Part shown: piece by piece, positions 40,242-53,863 of the stretch
Position numbering within the stretch: position 1 is the first letter of the stretch
Layout: every line of letters starts with the position of its first letter
Source of the DNA: an uncultured Actinomycetes bacterium
GTDB lineage: Bacteria; Actinomycetota; Thermoleophilia; UBA2241
NCBI GenBank assembly: GCA_963725665.1
Contig: CAVRZA010000006.1
Location: forward strand, 288,001 to 352,000
Length of the DNA stretch: 64,000 nt
Direction: 5' to 3'
Translations under genes and position numbers: made by a program
The notes under the pieces: generated by a model
Databases searched by the model: none
The model's input: the letters and a program-made list of their open reading frames with translations, nothing else
What the model was told of the DNA's origin: nothing

Positions 40242-41351
40242 GTGGATGACCGCAAGCGTCCGGGGCGCTCTCTCGCAGAGCTTGTGACTGGCCTCACCGC
40301 CGTCCTGCTCGTCCTCATGGCCTCGGGCTGCACCGACACGACACGCGAGACTGCGACCGCAGCCAACGACAGGGTCATCGCCGGCGCCATCACGGTGATC
40401 GCTCCCCGGGGAAGCGTCGACGCGTCGCTGATGCGCGCGTTCCGGCGCGCCTATCCGAAGGTGACGCTCAGGATAGTCACCTGCGACGGCGACCAGATCG
40501 CGCCGCGACTCGAAGGCGGTCTCGCGGCCGACGTCGTCGCCGTCTCGTCGGAGGACACGCTGCCGCTCCTCGTCTCGCTCCGACTCGTGCAAGCCATTGA
40601 TGCCGAGCGGTTGACCGAGTGGGGGTCGATAGTTCCCTCAGCAAGACGCTTCCCCGCCTTCCTGAGCGGTGGACGCACGTACGCTGTTCCCACTGGGGTG
40701 AATCTCGTCGGCATCGCCCTTGCCGCCGGGCGGGGTCCGGACGTCGACTCACTCGCGGACCTCTTCTCGCCCCGGCTGAACGGCAAGGCAGCCATGCCCG
40801 ACCGCGCCGTTCTGGGCATTGACATAGGGGCGCTCGCGCTGGGCTACGACGTGTCTTCTTCGCTCTCAGACGATCAGCTCCTGAACGTCAAGGCACTCTA
40901 CGGCGACAACGAGGACAACTTCAGGCGATTCTGGTCGCGACCGACAGAGCTCGCCCGTCTGTTCAGGTCCGGAGCTCTGCTCGCCAGCCCGTGTGACCTT
41001 GCTCAGGCGACCCGGCTCCAACGCGAGGGGCTCGCAGTGCGCTTCGTGCAACCCTCGGAGGGTATGCTCGCCTCCCTCCGCGGTTTCGCCCTCGCGGCGC
41101 ACGCTCCCAACGCAGCGGCCGCCTACGCCTTCCTCGACTGCGCTCTCTCGCGCCCCGTCCAGAAGCAGGCCGCGAGGGATGCTCTGGCGATCCCGGTGAG
41201 GAGCGATGTGGAACTCCTCGTCCCGCCCGCACCGCTGGGAACGGTCAACATCGAGGGTCTGCTAAGGACCGTCCGTCCCGTGCTCCGACCTGAACGGTAC
41301 GACATGTGGATCGTTGCCTGGGCACAGGCCAAGAAGAAGGGCCGTGGCTGA
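40242..41351 (+). CDS. Divergent PotD-like substrate-binding lipoprotein
   Basis: Lipobox ASGC, S..DLF.P...GK, ALALGY, PSEG, AAYAF. Confidence 0.75.
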   Translation: MDDRKRPGRSLAELVTGLTAVLLVLMASGCTDTTRETATAANDRVIAGAITVIAPRGSVDASLMRAFRRAYPKVTLRIVTCDGDQIAPRLEGGLAADVVAVSSEDTLPLLVSLRLVQAIDAERLTEWGSIVPSARRFPAFLSGGRTYAVPTGVNLVGIALAAGRGPDVDSLADLFSPRLNGKAAMPDRAVLGIDIGALALGYDVSSSLSDDQLLNVKALYGDNEDNFRRFWSRPTELARLFRSGALLASPCDLAQATRLQREGLAVRFVQPSEGMLASLRGFALAAHAPNAAAAYAFLDCALSRPVQKQAARDALAIPVRSDVELLVPPAPLGTVNIEGLLRTVRPVLRPERYDMWIVAWAQAKKKGRG

Positions 41352-41488
41352 TGCAACTGAGGGAGCCGCCGGGCGCGGCTCGAGCGCCGGGGACCGGCAA
41401 CCGGACAGCGTTACGAATGCTTCTCGATCGCCGTCTCAGGGCCGCTTCCGCGGGACCCGCTCCAGGCTTCTTGCAGGGTCGACTGACG

Positions 41489-41501
41489 GTTGACTGTCGA
41501 C
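41489..41501. promoter_or_regulatory. Putative GntR operator upstream of the ABC operon
   Basis: GTTGACTGTCGAC; flanking gacg shared with the site at 34749. Confidence 0.65.
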
Positions 41502-41560
41502 ACTTGGTTACGTAGCATGGCGGGAGATGCGCCATGGGCATCGGGTGAAAAGGGGGGATC

Positions 41561-42691
41561 ATGATGGCACGCAGGTCCGCACGTATTCTGCCTTCTCTGG
41601 CCATCCTGTGTCTGGTGGTGCTCGGCGCCGCTTGCGGTGGTGGTGGCGGCGGCGAGTCGGCTGCGCCCACTGCCGCCACGACAGCGGCCACGACCCCCGC
41701 GGAGATCGCCGGCGACCTCGAACTCTTCGCCTACGAGGACGGCTTCACGCCGGGCTACATCGGGCCGTTCAAGAAGATGTATCCGAACCTCAATCTCCGC
41801 GCTACCGCCTACGACAGCGGCGACGCCGCGATCGCCAAGATGCGCGCCGGGTTCCATCCCGATGTGATCAACCTATGTGTCGAAGAGGACGCGGAGCTCG
41901 CCATGCGTCTCGGCTTCATCCAGCCTATCGACGTCTCGCGCGTCAAGGAGTGGAACAACATGTTTCCCGTCTTCCAGAAGCTGCACGGCGTGGAGATGGA
42001 GGGCAAGGTCTGGATGGTGCCCGTCGACGCCGGCGTGACGGGCATGGTCTACAACACCAAGGCGATCACGCCGGCGCCGACGTCGTTCAAGGACCTGTTC
42101 GACCCGAAGTACAAGGGCCAGGTGGCCATGATCGACTACCCCGTGACCGCTATCCAGGTAGGAGCGCTGGCGCTGGGCTTCAGTGATCCGCTGAACCTCA
42201 CGGACGAGCAGCTCGAGGCAGTCAAGAACCTGTACGTCGACGCGAAGAAAAGCGGCCAGTTCCGCACCTTCTTCCAGAACGACTCCGAGCTCGCGAACCT
42301 CTTCAGGACGCACGAGATCACCTTCGCCATGGGGTATCCGAGCAACGCCCAAGACGCGAAGCGAGCTGGCGAGCCGGTGAAGTTCACGCTCGCCAGCGAG
42401 GGTCAGATCCTCTGGACGTGCGGCTACGGCATCACCACGTGGTGCAAGAACGTCGACGCCGCCTACGCCCTCATCAACTACTACCTCTCCACGAAGGCCG
42501 AGGCCTACGAGGCCAAGACCTGGAACTACATGGTCACCAACGCCAAGACGCTCGACGTCGTTACGCCGCAGGTGAAGCGGGACGCCAATCTCGAGCGGCC
42601 CGCCAACATGGGGAACGCGCTCCCGGCTGCACCTCCCGTGAAGGGCTACAGCAAGTGGGTGCGGCTCTGGCAGGAGGTCAAGAGGAGCTAG
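41561..42691 (+). CDS. PotD-like ABC substrate-binding lipoprotein
   Basis: Lipobox GAAC, SFKDLFDPKYKG, EG...W. Confidence 0.9.
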   Translation: MMARRSARILPSLAILCLVVLGAACGGGGGGESAAPTAATTAATTPAEIAGDLELFAYEDGFTPGYIGPFKKMYPNLNLRATAYDSGDAAIAKMRAGFHPDVINLCVEEDAELAMRLGFIQPIDVSRVKEWNNMFPVFQKLHGVEMEGKVWMVPVDAGVTGMVYNTKAITPAPTSFKDLFDPKYKGQVAMIDYPVTAIQVGALALGFSDPLNLTDEQLEAVKNLYVDAKKSGQFRTFFQNDSELANLFRTHEITFAMGYPSNAQDAKRAGEPVKFTLASEGQILWTCGYGITTWCKNVDAAYALINYYLSTKAEAYEAKTWNYMVTNAKTLDVVTPQVKRDANLERPANMGNALPAAPPVKGYSKWVRLWQEVKRS

Positions 42692-43627
42692 ATGGCGGTC
42701 TCGACCGAGACTGGGATGCCGGCGGAGGCCGGCACCATCGTTCCCTACGCCAGTGCCACCGCCGAGGAAGTACGGCTGCCCCTGAGCCTGCGGCTCAAGC
42801 GGGCAGCCCCTCACGTCGGCGGCGCGACGATCGCGCTGATCATCCTTCTTGCCCTCTACGGCCCGATCACCGTGCTCGCCGTCTTCTCCTTCAACGACTC
42901 CATCGTGCTCTCGCTTCCCTGGGCGGGCTTCACGACGCGCTGGTACCACGAAGCCCTCGGTAACACCAACCTCCAGGCGGCGTTGCGCAACTCGTTCATG
43001 GTGGCATGTGTCGTAGCCCCCCTCAGCCTGGCGCTCGGGACGCTGGGCGCCTTCTGTATCACAAGGATGCGGTTCTGGGGCCGCGGGCCAGCGGCGATGT
43101 TGATGGCCGCGCCGCTGGTCGTGCCGTGGCTGATTGTCGGCGTCAGCGCCGTGATCTTCTTCAGCAAACTCAACGTCGGTCTGTCGTGGCGAACGGTAAT
43201 CGCCGTGCAGACGGTCGTTACCTTTCCGCTGGTCACAGTCATCGTCTCGGCCCGGCTGGCGCGCTTCGACCGCACACAGGAGGAAGCCGCCGTCGATCTC
43301 GGCGCATCGCAACTGCAGGTGCTGCGACATGTGATCCTGCCGCATCTCGTGCCGGCGCTCGCCGCTTCGGCGATCCTGGCGTTCATGTGGTCGTTCAACA
43401 ACTTCGAGATCAGCTACTTCGTCGGCGGCTTCGACGAGCTCTTCCCCGTGTGGGTGTACTCGACGCTGCGCCACGCCTCGAACCTACCGGTCGTGAACGC
43501 GATCGCCAGTCTCGTCGCCGTGACCGAGGTGATCGTCGTGTACTTCGCCTATCGAGCGATGACGTGGCGCTCCAACGCGCGTACTGCGCGCGAGAAAGCC
43601 GACACCCTAGCGGGAGCGTGGCGCTGA
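42692..43627 (+). CDS. ABC permease, PotC-like
   Basis: FSFN, FT.RWY, EEAAVDLGA. Confidence 0.9.
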   Translation: MAVSTETGMPAEAGTIVPYASATAEEVRLPLSLRLKRAAPHVGGATIALIILLALYGPITVLAVFSFNDSIVLSLPWAGFTTRWYHEALGNTNLQAALRNSFMVACVVAPLSLALGTLGAFCITRMRFWGRGPAAMLMAAPLVVPWLIVGVSAVIFFSKLNVGLSWRTVIAVQTVVTFPLVTVIVSARLARFDRTQEEAAVDLGASQLQVLRHVILPHLVPALAASAILAFMWSFNNFEISYFVGGFDELFPVWVYSTLRHASNLPVVNAIASLVAVTEVIVVYFAYRAMTWRSNARTAREKADTLAGAWR

Positions 43628-44520
43628 TGGCCGACGTCGTCGTCGAGCAACGTGGCCGCCCCTTGAGGCGACAGGCGGCACGCAGACTGCGCCCGTTTGC
43701 GTTCCTCTTCGGTCCCATCGGCATACTGCTCGCATTCTTCGTGGCGCCGCTGGTCATCATGATCGTCATCAGCTTCCGCTACGCGTCTCTGTTCGGTTTC
43801 GAGAGCGGCTGGACGATGAGCAACTACGTCAACGTGCTCACCGACCCCATCTACTGGGACGTCGCCAAGGACACGGTCGAGATGGCCACCATCGCCATGG
43901 CCGTGCAGCTCCTTGTCGGGTTTCCGCTCGCGTACTGGATCGCCTTCAAGGCAGGACGCTTCGAGCTCATTTACCTGCTCCTCCTCGTGCTCGCCGACGA
44001 GCTCAACCCAATCATCCGGATCTACGCCTGGCGCATGATCCTCGGACGCGAGGGCATGATCAACCACGTGCTGCAGAGCATCGGCGCGATAGACCATCCC
44101 CTCGACTGGCTGCTCTTCACCAAGTTCTCGGTGATCACTGTGCTCACGACGAGCTGGGTCACCTACACCGTGCTGCCCATCTACGCGGCGATGAAGGCCA
44201 TCGACCCGAGCCTCTTCGAAGCGGCCATTGACTTGGGCGCAAGGTGGACGACACGCTGGCGACGCATACTGATCCCCCTCGCCGCGCCGGGCATCTTCGT
44301 CGCCATCATCCTCGTATACATCCCGCTGTTCACCGACTTCGCCACCCCGGCCCTGGTCGGAGGGGCGTCCTCCTACATGCTAGGCAACTCGGTGGCCGAT
44401 CTGATGATCGCCACCGGAGACTGGGGGATGGGCGCCGCCCTGAGTCTGCTGCTGCTCGCCGCAGTGGCCGGAGTCGCAGTGGTGGCCTACTTCCTCTCCA
44501 AGCTGAACCAACTCGATTGA
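43627..44520 (+). CDS. ABC permease, PotB-like
   Basis: R.YAW, G.IN, EAAIDLGA, P.L.GG. Confidence 0.9.
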   Translation: MADVVVEQRGRPLRRQAARRLRPFAFLFGPIGILLAFFVAPLVIMIVISFRYASLFGFESGWTMSNYVNVLTDPIYWDVAKDTVEMATIAMAVQLLVGFPLAYWIAFKAGRFELIYLLLLVLADELNPIIRIYAWRMILGREGMINHVLQSIGAIDHPLDWLLFTKFSVITVLTTSWVTYTVLPIYAAMKAIDPSLFEAAIDLGARWTTRWRRILIPLAAPGIFVAIILVYIPLFTDFATPALVGGASSYMLGNSVADLMIATGDWGMGAALSLLLLAAVAGVAVVAYFLSKLNQLD

Positions 44521-44589
44521 GGTCCGAGAGACGGAACGAAGGGACCAGTTCATGAGACGAGGCTTGGTCGACAGGCAAGGGAGTGCGTG

Positions 44590-45750
<1,161 letters not shown>

Positions 45751-45874
45751 GGCGGCGGAGACCGACCGCAGGGATAGCAGTTCTGCCGTCTCCCGCGGCA
45801 GCCAGGCGTAGAGCGATGCCAGTGAGGCGACGCGTGATGCGGACGAGCCAGCCGCCGGCAGGGGGAGCTGCTGC

Positions 45875-47152
45875 ATGGTGACCGCAGCAGACAGCGCTCG
45901 GCTGTTCTGGGTGCGGCCGGGCATGGAGATCGACCACGGTCGGCTCACCCTGGCCGGCCGCGACGCCGAGCAGCTCGCGAGGGAGCACGGCACACCACTC
46001 TACGCATACGACCTGACCCGCATCGAGGAGCAGGTGCGCGCCTTGCAGGGAGCCCTGGACGATGCTGGACTGCGCTACCGGACGAGGCTGGCGATGAAGG
46101 CACAGCGAGAGCCGGAGGTCCTGGCGTACGTGCGACGCCTCGGCGGGTCGGGCAGCCCCGAGAGCGTGGGGCTCGACGTCTGCTCGCCCGGCGAGGCCCT
46201 GCACGCGCTCTCCCATGGATGGTTGCCCGAGGAGATCAGCTACACGGGCACCAATGTGTCGGAGCGCGACTTAGATGTGATTCTCGCGCACCCTATCCAC
46301 CTGAATGTCGACCTCATCAGTCAGCTCGCCCGAGTCGGCCGTCGCGCGCCCGGCCGGGCCATCGGGATACGCGTCAACCCTAGAGGGGGCGCCGCCTGGG
46401 GAGGCGAGGAGAGCTCACTCTACAGCGGAACGAGACCGACGAAATTCGGTCTCTACGGGGAGCAACTCGACGAGGCACTCGCCCTGGCTCGCCGATACCA
46501 TCTCACCATAGACACCGTCCATTTTCACGTGGGCGACGGCTTCCTCGACGACGGCCTACCGGCTTTTGCCGAGGCCGTCGGCCGCGCCACGTTGATGGTG
46601 CGAGACCTCCTCGACGCCGGCTGCCCCATCACGGAGGTCAACACGGGCGGAGGCCTCGGTGTGCCACAGCTTCCTGGGGAGAGGCCGCTCGACCTCGACG
46701 CCTACGCCGGTATCCTGGCCGCTCACCTGGGTCCGTTGGACGTCGTCGTCGGGGTCGAGCCGGGTGATTTCCTCTGCAAGGAGAGCGCCATCCTCCTGGC
46801 CGAGGTCGTCACCGTTGAGGATCGCCTCGGGGTGCCCTTTGTCGGGCTCGATGTGGGCTGGAACGTTATGAACGACCGCTTCATCTATGACGTGCCCTTT
46901 GAGGTCGCCCTTTGCCGAGCCGCGGACACGCCCAGGACCCAGACGGTAGTGGTCTCCGGGCACATCAATGAGGGCGATGACCTGTTCGCCGAGGACTACC
47001 CCTTCCCTGAGGTCGATGAGGGCGACATCGTCGCCATCATCAACGTCGGCGGCTACAACCAGGCGATGACGATGGCCCACTGCATGAGACCGGCCGCAAA
47101 TGCGGTCTACTTCGAGGACAGGGTCGCGCCGGCTGTGGAGGACGGCGAGTGA
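45875..47152 (+). CDS. Fold-type III PLP decarboxylase (LysA-like)
   Basis: GTPLY, AMKA, S.GE, KFG, HFHVG, GGG, EPG, G.Y. Confidence 0.85.
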   Translation: MVTAADSARLFWVRPGMEIDHGRLTLAGRDAEQLAREHGTPLYAYDLTRIEEQVRALQGALDDAGLRYRTRLAMKAQREPEVLAYVRRLGGSGSPESVGLDVCSPGEALHALSHGWLPEEISYTGTNVSERDLDVILAHPIHLNVDLISQLARVGRRAPGRAIGIRVNPRGGAAWGGEESSLYSGTRPTKFGLYGEQLDEALALARRYHLTIDTVHFHVGDGFLDDGLPAFAEAVGRATLMVRDLLDAGCPITEVNTGGGLGVPQLPGERPLDLDAYAGILAAHLGPLDVVVGVEPGDFLCKESAILLAEVVTVEDRLGVPFVGLDVGWNVMNDRFIYDVPFEVALCRAADTPRTQTVVVSGHINEGDDLFAEDYPFPEVDEGDIVAIINVGGYNQAMTMAHCMRPAANAVYFEDRVAPAVEDGE

Positions 47153-47225
47153 GCCACAGACAACCGCGGGGTGCGACCCTCAGATGCATGACCTCACCGG
47201 AGGCGATCGAGGCGGGGGGAGGTCA

Positions 47226-48883
<1,658 letters not shown>

Positions 48884-48929
48884 GACGAGTGGGTGGTGAC
48901 TGGCAGGCAGAGCGCTGCTGCGTTGCTGA

Positions 48930-48953
48930 TTGTCGACAGATAATTGTCGACAA
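48930..48953. promoter_or_regulatory. Tandem TTGTCGACA boxes, putative GntR operator
   Basis: TTGTCGACAGATAATTGTCGACAA. Confidence 0.6.
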
Positions 48954-49059
48954 GATAGCATGGAGCGTGTGACTTGGCAGTCGGGTATTACGGACGAGAC
49001 CGCCAACATGGCCGGTGAGCAGCGCGAGCACGGACACAAGAGCGCGAGATAGGAGAGCG

Positions 49060-50220
49060 ATGGCGATGGAGAAGCGAAGTAGATTTCTCTACCTATCTGA
49101 GCCGGACATGATCGAGGCCGGAGTGCTCAATGCAGCGCAGTGCATCGACGTCTGTGAGGATGTCTTTAGGCTCCTCGCCACCGGCGACTACCTGATGGGT
49201 GGCCCTAACCACAATAGCCACGGCCTGGGCATCGACTTCCCCAAGGAGTCGCCGTTCCCCAGCATGCCCTTGGCGGGACCCGACCGCCGCTTCGTTGCGA
49301 TGCCGGCGTACCTGGGCGGGAAGTACGACGTCTGCGGCAACAAGTGGTATGGCTCCAACCCCGCCAACACTTCGCGAGGTCTGCCGCGCTCGGTTCTGAC
49401 CGTGATGCTAAACGACAAGGACACCGGCGAGCCCCTGTGTCTCATGTCAGCGAACCTCCTGAGTTCTGCTCGAACAGGCGCCATCCCCGCTGTAGCCTCC
49501 CGCTTTCTCGCGCGCCAGGACTCCGAGATCTGCGCTGTGATCGGATGCGGCCCGATCAACAAGGCATGCTTCCGGGCCGTTCTCTCGCAGATGCCAAGCC
49601 TCAAGAAAGCTATCTGCCACGACCTCACCGAGGCGACTGCCCAGGCCTTCGCGGATTGGTCAAGGACGAAGTTCGGGATAGACAGTGTCGTTTCTACCTC
49701 CCTTGAGGATGCCCTCGGGGACGCCGATGTCGTGACCGTCGCGGCATCGCGGCTGAAGACGCTCTACGTGCAGGACGCATGGTTCAAGAGTGGGGCAACC
49801 GTGCTACTCACTGGCCCGATGAAGGCGGAGGACTCCTTCTGGATCAACAGCACCATCGTCTACGACAACATCCACCTACAGAAGGCCTACGTTCTGGAAG
49901 CACTTGCCGCCCCCGACAAACTCAAGTACTACGACGGCGTCATTGGCGGACCGCTCTACAAGTTGATCGACGACGGGAAGATGCCGTCTCTGGCTGACTC
50001 CACTGACCTGGGAAATGTCATCCTTGGCAATAAGAGTCGTCGTCAGAGCGACGAGGAACGTATCGTCTTTGTTGCCTGTGGAATGGCCGTCTTCGACATT
50101 GCCTGGGGATTTGAACTCTACCAGTCTGCCCTCAAGCAAGGACTCGGCCAGTGGCTTGTGCTTTGGGATGAGCCCTACCGCGAAGAAGCATCTGCGTCGG
50201 CCATCCCGGCTGGACTCTGA
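49060..50220 (+). CDS. Ornithine cyclodeaminase/mu-crystallin family protein
   Basis: AMPAYLGG, KWYGSN, LS.ARTGA, IGCG.I, GM...DIAW. Confidence 0.87.
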   Translation: MAMEKRSRFLYLSEPDMIEAGVLNAAQCIDVCEDVFRLLATGDYLMGGPNHNSHGLGIDFPKESPFPSMPLAGPDRRFVAMPAYLGGKYDVCGNKWYGSNPANTSRGLPRSVLTVMLNDKDTGEPLCLMSANLLSSARTGAIPAVASRFLARQDSEICAVIGCGPINKACFRAVLSQMPSLKKAICHDLTEATAQAFADWSRTKFGIDSVVSTSLEDALGDADVVTVAASRLKTLYVQDAWFKSGATVLLTGPMKAEDSFWINSTIVYDNIHLQKAYVLEALAAPDKLKYYDGVIGGPLYKLIDDGKMPSLADSTDLGNVILGNKSRRQSDEERIVFVACGMAVFDIAWGFELYQSALKQGLGQWLVLWDEPYREEASASAIPAGL

Positions 50221-50492
50221 CGGGTCGGGGACTAGAAGGTTCTATTCTCCCAGCATCGACGTAGGCGTCCGTCTAGTGGTTCGAGGTGGGGGACAGTCTT
50301 CATAGCTGCGGCTGGAGAGACAGGCGTCATGGCCGTCCGTTCGAGGTCGTCTCTTCCACCCTTGGGGACCAGAGCGGTCGGGTGCATCATCGGCTCGAGC
50401 AAGGCGCAGCGCCCCGCGAAACGGCCGCATGTGGATGCCGATGCCAACGCGGCGAAGGAGCTTGTCGGCCGGAAATGGGAGTGTGGTAGGGG

Positions 50493-51896
50493 ATGCTGAA
50501 GATACGCAACTTCGAAGCACTGATCTCGCACGGAGAGACACATTCCAGGAGGGTGGTGCTGGAGATTGCCGACAAGACGCTGCGACGGCTGGACGCATAC
50601 AGCAGGATAGGGAGCATCGCGCACCTAGACGGGTCTTCCCTGCACATCGGGACACGGACTTGGGACCTCTCGAAAAAGAGGCATGTGTACCTCGTCGGCG
50701 CCGGAAAGGCATGCAACGCGATGGCTGCCGCGCTCGACGAGATCCTCGGCGACAATCTCAGCAAGGGGATCGTGATCGTCAAGGTCGCGGAGGAGGCAGA
50801 CGTCTTCAGGCACACAGACGTCTACGTGGGTGGGCACCCACTGCCCAACCGGACGGGCTACGAGGCCTCTCTGAAGATCCTGGAACTCGCGGACCAAGCG
50901 GGGCCCGAGGACCTATTCATTGCAGTGATCAGCGGGGGGAGCTCAGCTCTGATGAGCTGTCCGGTCCAGGGAATCTCAACACAGGACGAGATAGACGCAA
51001 CAGATGTTCTGCTGAAGTCCGGGGCCGGCATCTATGAGATCAACGCGATTCGACGCCACATATCGCAGACGAACGGCGGCATGCTGGCTAAGAGAATCCA
51101 AGCTTCCGGTGCTGAGCTGATCGGCTTTGGTATCTCCGACGCTGTCGGGAACCCGCCGACGGGCGACATCGGAATCCCGTGCCGGAACTACGCAAGCACG
51201 CCGATCGGTCCCGATAGGACTACCATTGCTGAGGCCCGGCGCGTCATCGCCGACTATGACTTGGCTGATCGGCTGCCCCCCAACGTAGTCCGGTACCTCA
51301 TGGAGGCAGGTGAGGCTTGCGAGACGCCCAAGGCATTCCCGGACAACACCTATTATCTGCTTAACACCGTGCCCGATTCGTGCATCTACGCAAGAGAGGT
51401 GGCGGAGGAGATGGGGATCCCTGCCTACATCCTGACTTCCTTCCTCGAGGGTGAAGGCAAGGATGCCGGCACCCTCTTCGCCTCGCTTGCCCGTGAGGTA
51501 CAGGCCTACGGAAACCCCTTCCCCGCACCGTGCGTTATCCTCAGCAGCGGGGAGACGACGACGAGGATCCTGGAGAACTCCGCTGTTGAAGGGCACGGGG
51601 GACCATCGCAAGAGCTCACCGCGAGCTTCGCGATCAGCGCCACGAAGGCTCCCGGGGTGTGCATGTTGTCGGTGGACTCGGAGGGAACTGACGGGACCAC
51701 AACCGTGGCCGGCGGGCTCACTGACTCAAGCAGCTACGAGGCGGCCATGAAGAATGGTGTAAGCCTGCATGCCGCGTTGCGGGGTCACTTCTGCTACGAA
51801 GCATTGGAGGCTATCGGCGACACCGTGATCACTGGCAACACGGGAACGAATCTCTGCGATTTCAACATTCTCTACGTCCCGACTCTTGAGAACTAG
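50493..51896 (+). CDS. Glycerate 2-kinase (MOFRL/TtuD type)
   Basis: GAGKA, GHPLP, ISGGSSAL, GETT, SEGTDG, TG.TGTN. Confidence 0.9.
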   Translation: MLKIRNFEALISHGETHSRRVVLEIADKTLRRLDAYSRIGSIAHLDGSSLHIGTRTWDLSKKRHVYLVGAGKACNAMAAALDEILGDNLSKGIVIVKVAEEADVFRHTDVYVGGHPLPNRTGYEASLKILELADQAGPEDLFIAVISGGSSALMSCPVQGISTQDEIDATDVLLKSGAGIYEINAIRRHISQTNGGMLAKRIQASGAELIGFGISDAVGNPPTGDIGIPCRNYASTPIGPDRTTIAEARRVIADYDLADRLPPNVVRYLMEAGEACETPKAFPDNTYYLLNTVPDSCIYAREVAEEMGIPAYILTSFLEGEGKDAGTLFASLAREVQAYGNPFPAPCVILSSGETTTRILENSAVEGHGGPSQELTASFAISATKAPGVCMLSVDSEGTDGTTTVAGGLTDSSSYEAAMKNGVSLHAALRGHFCYEALEAIGDTVITGNTGTNLCDFNILYVPTLEN

Positions 51897-51947
51897 CCAC
51901 AGGCAGGCTTCAAGGCCAGGCCGCTCCAGGGAGGAGCAGGGTCCCAC

Positions 51948-53216
51948 ATGAAGATCGAATCTCTGCGGGCACGGCAGCTTATCGACTGCATGTGCCGGCC
52001 AATGGTCGAGGTCGAGGTCGTGACGGAAGGAGGATTCGTCGGCAGAGGCGCAGCGCCTACCGGCCAGTCCGTGGGGATGCACGAGGCCTTCGTGCTGCGG
52101 GATAACGATCCTGACGTGTACAACGGGCTCAGCGTTCACCGGGCGGTAGAGAACGTCCGGCACGTAATCGCGCCGGCCCTGATCGGGATGCCGGTCGACG
52201 ACCAACGCGCCCTCGACGACCTGATGATCGCCCTCGATGGGACAGAGAACAAGAGCAACCTGGGCGGTAACGCCATCTACTCGACCTCGATCGCCTGCCT
52301 CAGGGCTGCTGCTGCCGCCGCCGGTCTGCCCCTCTATCAATATCTCGGGCGGGAGCGTCTCAAGACGGTTCCAGTACCAAGTTTCAACATGGTGAACGGG
52401 GGACGATACCGCGACTTCGTACAACCGTTCAATGAGTTCATCGTCATGCCCTACAAGGCAGAGTCCATCTTTGAAGCGGTGGAGATGGCGGTCGATCTCT
52501 TCGACGTGATGTCTGGCGTTCTAGAGGAGCACCTCGGATCGTCTCCGAAGGTGGCGCGCTCCTATGGCTACGTTGCGCCGTCTGAGGATCCTGAAGTCGT
52601 CCTTTCGTTGATGCAGGAGGCGATCGATCGCTGCGGGTACGCGGACAAGATGGCCTTCGCCCTCGACTGCGCCTCGAGTGAGATGTACGACAGCGCGACC
52701 GCGACCTACTACCTCAAGGGGGGGCGGGTTGGCACTGACGAGCTGATTTCCTACGTCAAGGACCTGACCGAGACGTTCAACTTGGTGTTCGTGGAGGACC
52801 TCCTGGACGAGAACGACTGGGACGGCTATCCACGTGCCGTGAGGCAGATTCCCCGCACCATCATTCTTGGAGACGACCTCATCGCTACGAACCTGGCGCG
52901 TCTTCGGAAGGCGACAGCCATGGGGGCGATCGAGGGATTTGTCTTCAAGCCCAATCAGATCGGGACGATCTCGGAGGCCTTGGAGACCTATGAATACGGG
53001 GTCGCACACAACCTCGTCGCAGTCCCCTCTGGGCGCTCGGGCGGTGTTGTCGATGACGTGGTCATGGACCTATCGGTCGGACTCCAGGTTGCATTTCAGA
53101 AGAACGGCGCGCCACGGTCGGGAGAGCGGATCGAGAAGCTCAACTTCCTCATGCGTGCTGCTGACTCAATTCCTGACTGCTCCCTGGCAGATGTAGTCAG
53201 CATCGTGAAGTTCTAG
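51948..53216 (+). CDS. Divergent enolase homolog
   Basis: LGGNA, PVP.FN..NGG, LDCASSE, VED, GDDL, KPNQIG, RSG; several canonical catalytic residues changed. Confidence 0.88.
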   Translation: MKIESLRARQLIDCMCRPMVEVEVVTEGGFVGRGAAPTGQSVGMHEAFVLRDNDPDVYNGLSVHRAVENVRHVIAPALIGMPVDDQRALDDLMIALDGTENKSNLGGNAIYSTSIACLRAAAAAAGLPLYQYLGRERLKTVPVPSFNMVNGGRYRDFVQPFNEFIVMPYKAESIFEAVEMAVDLFDVMSGVLEEHLGSSPKVARSYGYVAPSEDPEVVLSLMQEAIDRCGYADKMAFALDCASSEMYDSATATYYLKGGRVGTDELISYVKDLTETFNLVFVEDLLDENDWDGYPRAVRQIPRTIILGDDLIATNLARLRKATAMGAIEGFVFKPNQIGTISEALETYEYGVAHNLVAVPSGRSGGVVDDVVMDLSVGLQVAFQKNGAPRSGERIEKLNFLMRAADSIPDCSLADVVSIVKF

Positions 53217-53280
53217 TGCCGCGACTAGATCTCGTGCCCCCCGCGCAGCGTACCCACCCTGTGGCGCAAACGCCTGGCTT

Positions 53281-53502
53281 GGCTTCTCCGACAGGGGAGC
53301 CGTCCTCGCCGATCGGGTGGTGGCCGCCGCCATCCTGAACTGCCTCTTGCACCACGCCACCGCGGTGAACACCAAGGGCAAGAGCTTCCGCATGGGGCGG
53401 CTTCAAGATCAAATCGACAAGGAGAGAGGCGGCGCTGCTGTGGTCCAAGGGAGCTCTGCACTCTTCATGAGCGGCTCACTGCACTTCTCGTGATCGCCTG
53501 CA
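53281..53502 (+). mobile_element. IS21-family remnant (istB 3' end and right end)
   Basis: Translates FSDRGAVLADRVVAAAILNCLLHHATAVNTKGKSFRM (IstB C-terminal AILDRLLHH...GESYR type); repeated ctgcact motif, ending in CA. Confidence 0.75.
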
Positions 53503-53530
53503 GCCGCGGCTCTGGTACTCGGCGCAGCCA

Positions 53531-53821
53531 GTGGAGAGTGGTCAGCGCCACCTGGCCCACCAGGCCGCTCGCACACAACGGGCCTGCGCGCTCTTCACCG
53601 ACTCGGATGGTATCGACGGCGCGACCGACGCGGCGGGGGGCCTGGTCGACGACCTCACCGTGCGCGAGGCGGGCGAGCGCGGCGTCGATATCGGCGCGGC
53701 CCTGGCCGCGCACACCTCGAAAGACGCGCTCGCCCGCCTCGCCGATCTCGTCCTCACCGGCCCCACCGGCACCAACGTCAACGATATGAAGATCCTGCTG
53801 AAGGCCGCGGCAGCGCGTTGA
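53531..53821 (+). pseudogene. C-terminal (MOFRL) fragment of a glycerate kinase
   Basis: DSDGIDGATDAAGG...LVLTGPTGTNVND; N-terminus missing. Confidence 0.82.
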
Positions 53822-53863
53822 TGCCCGGGATCGGGCAGGCCGACAGCTTCGCCGAGCCGCGGA

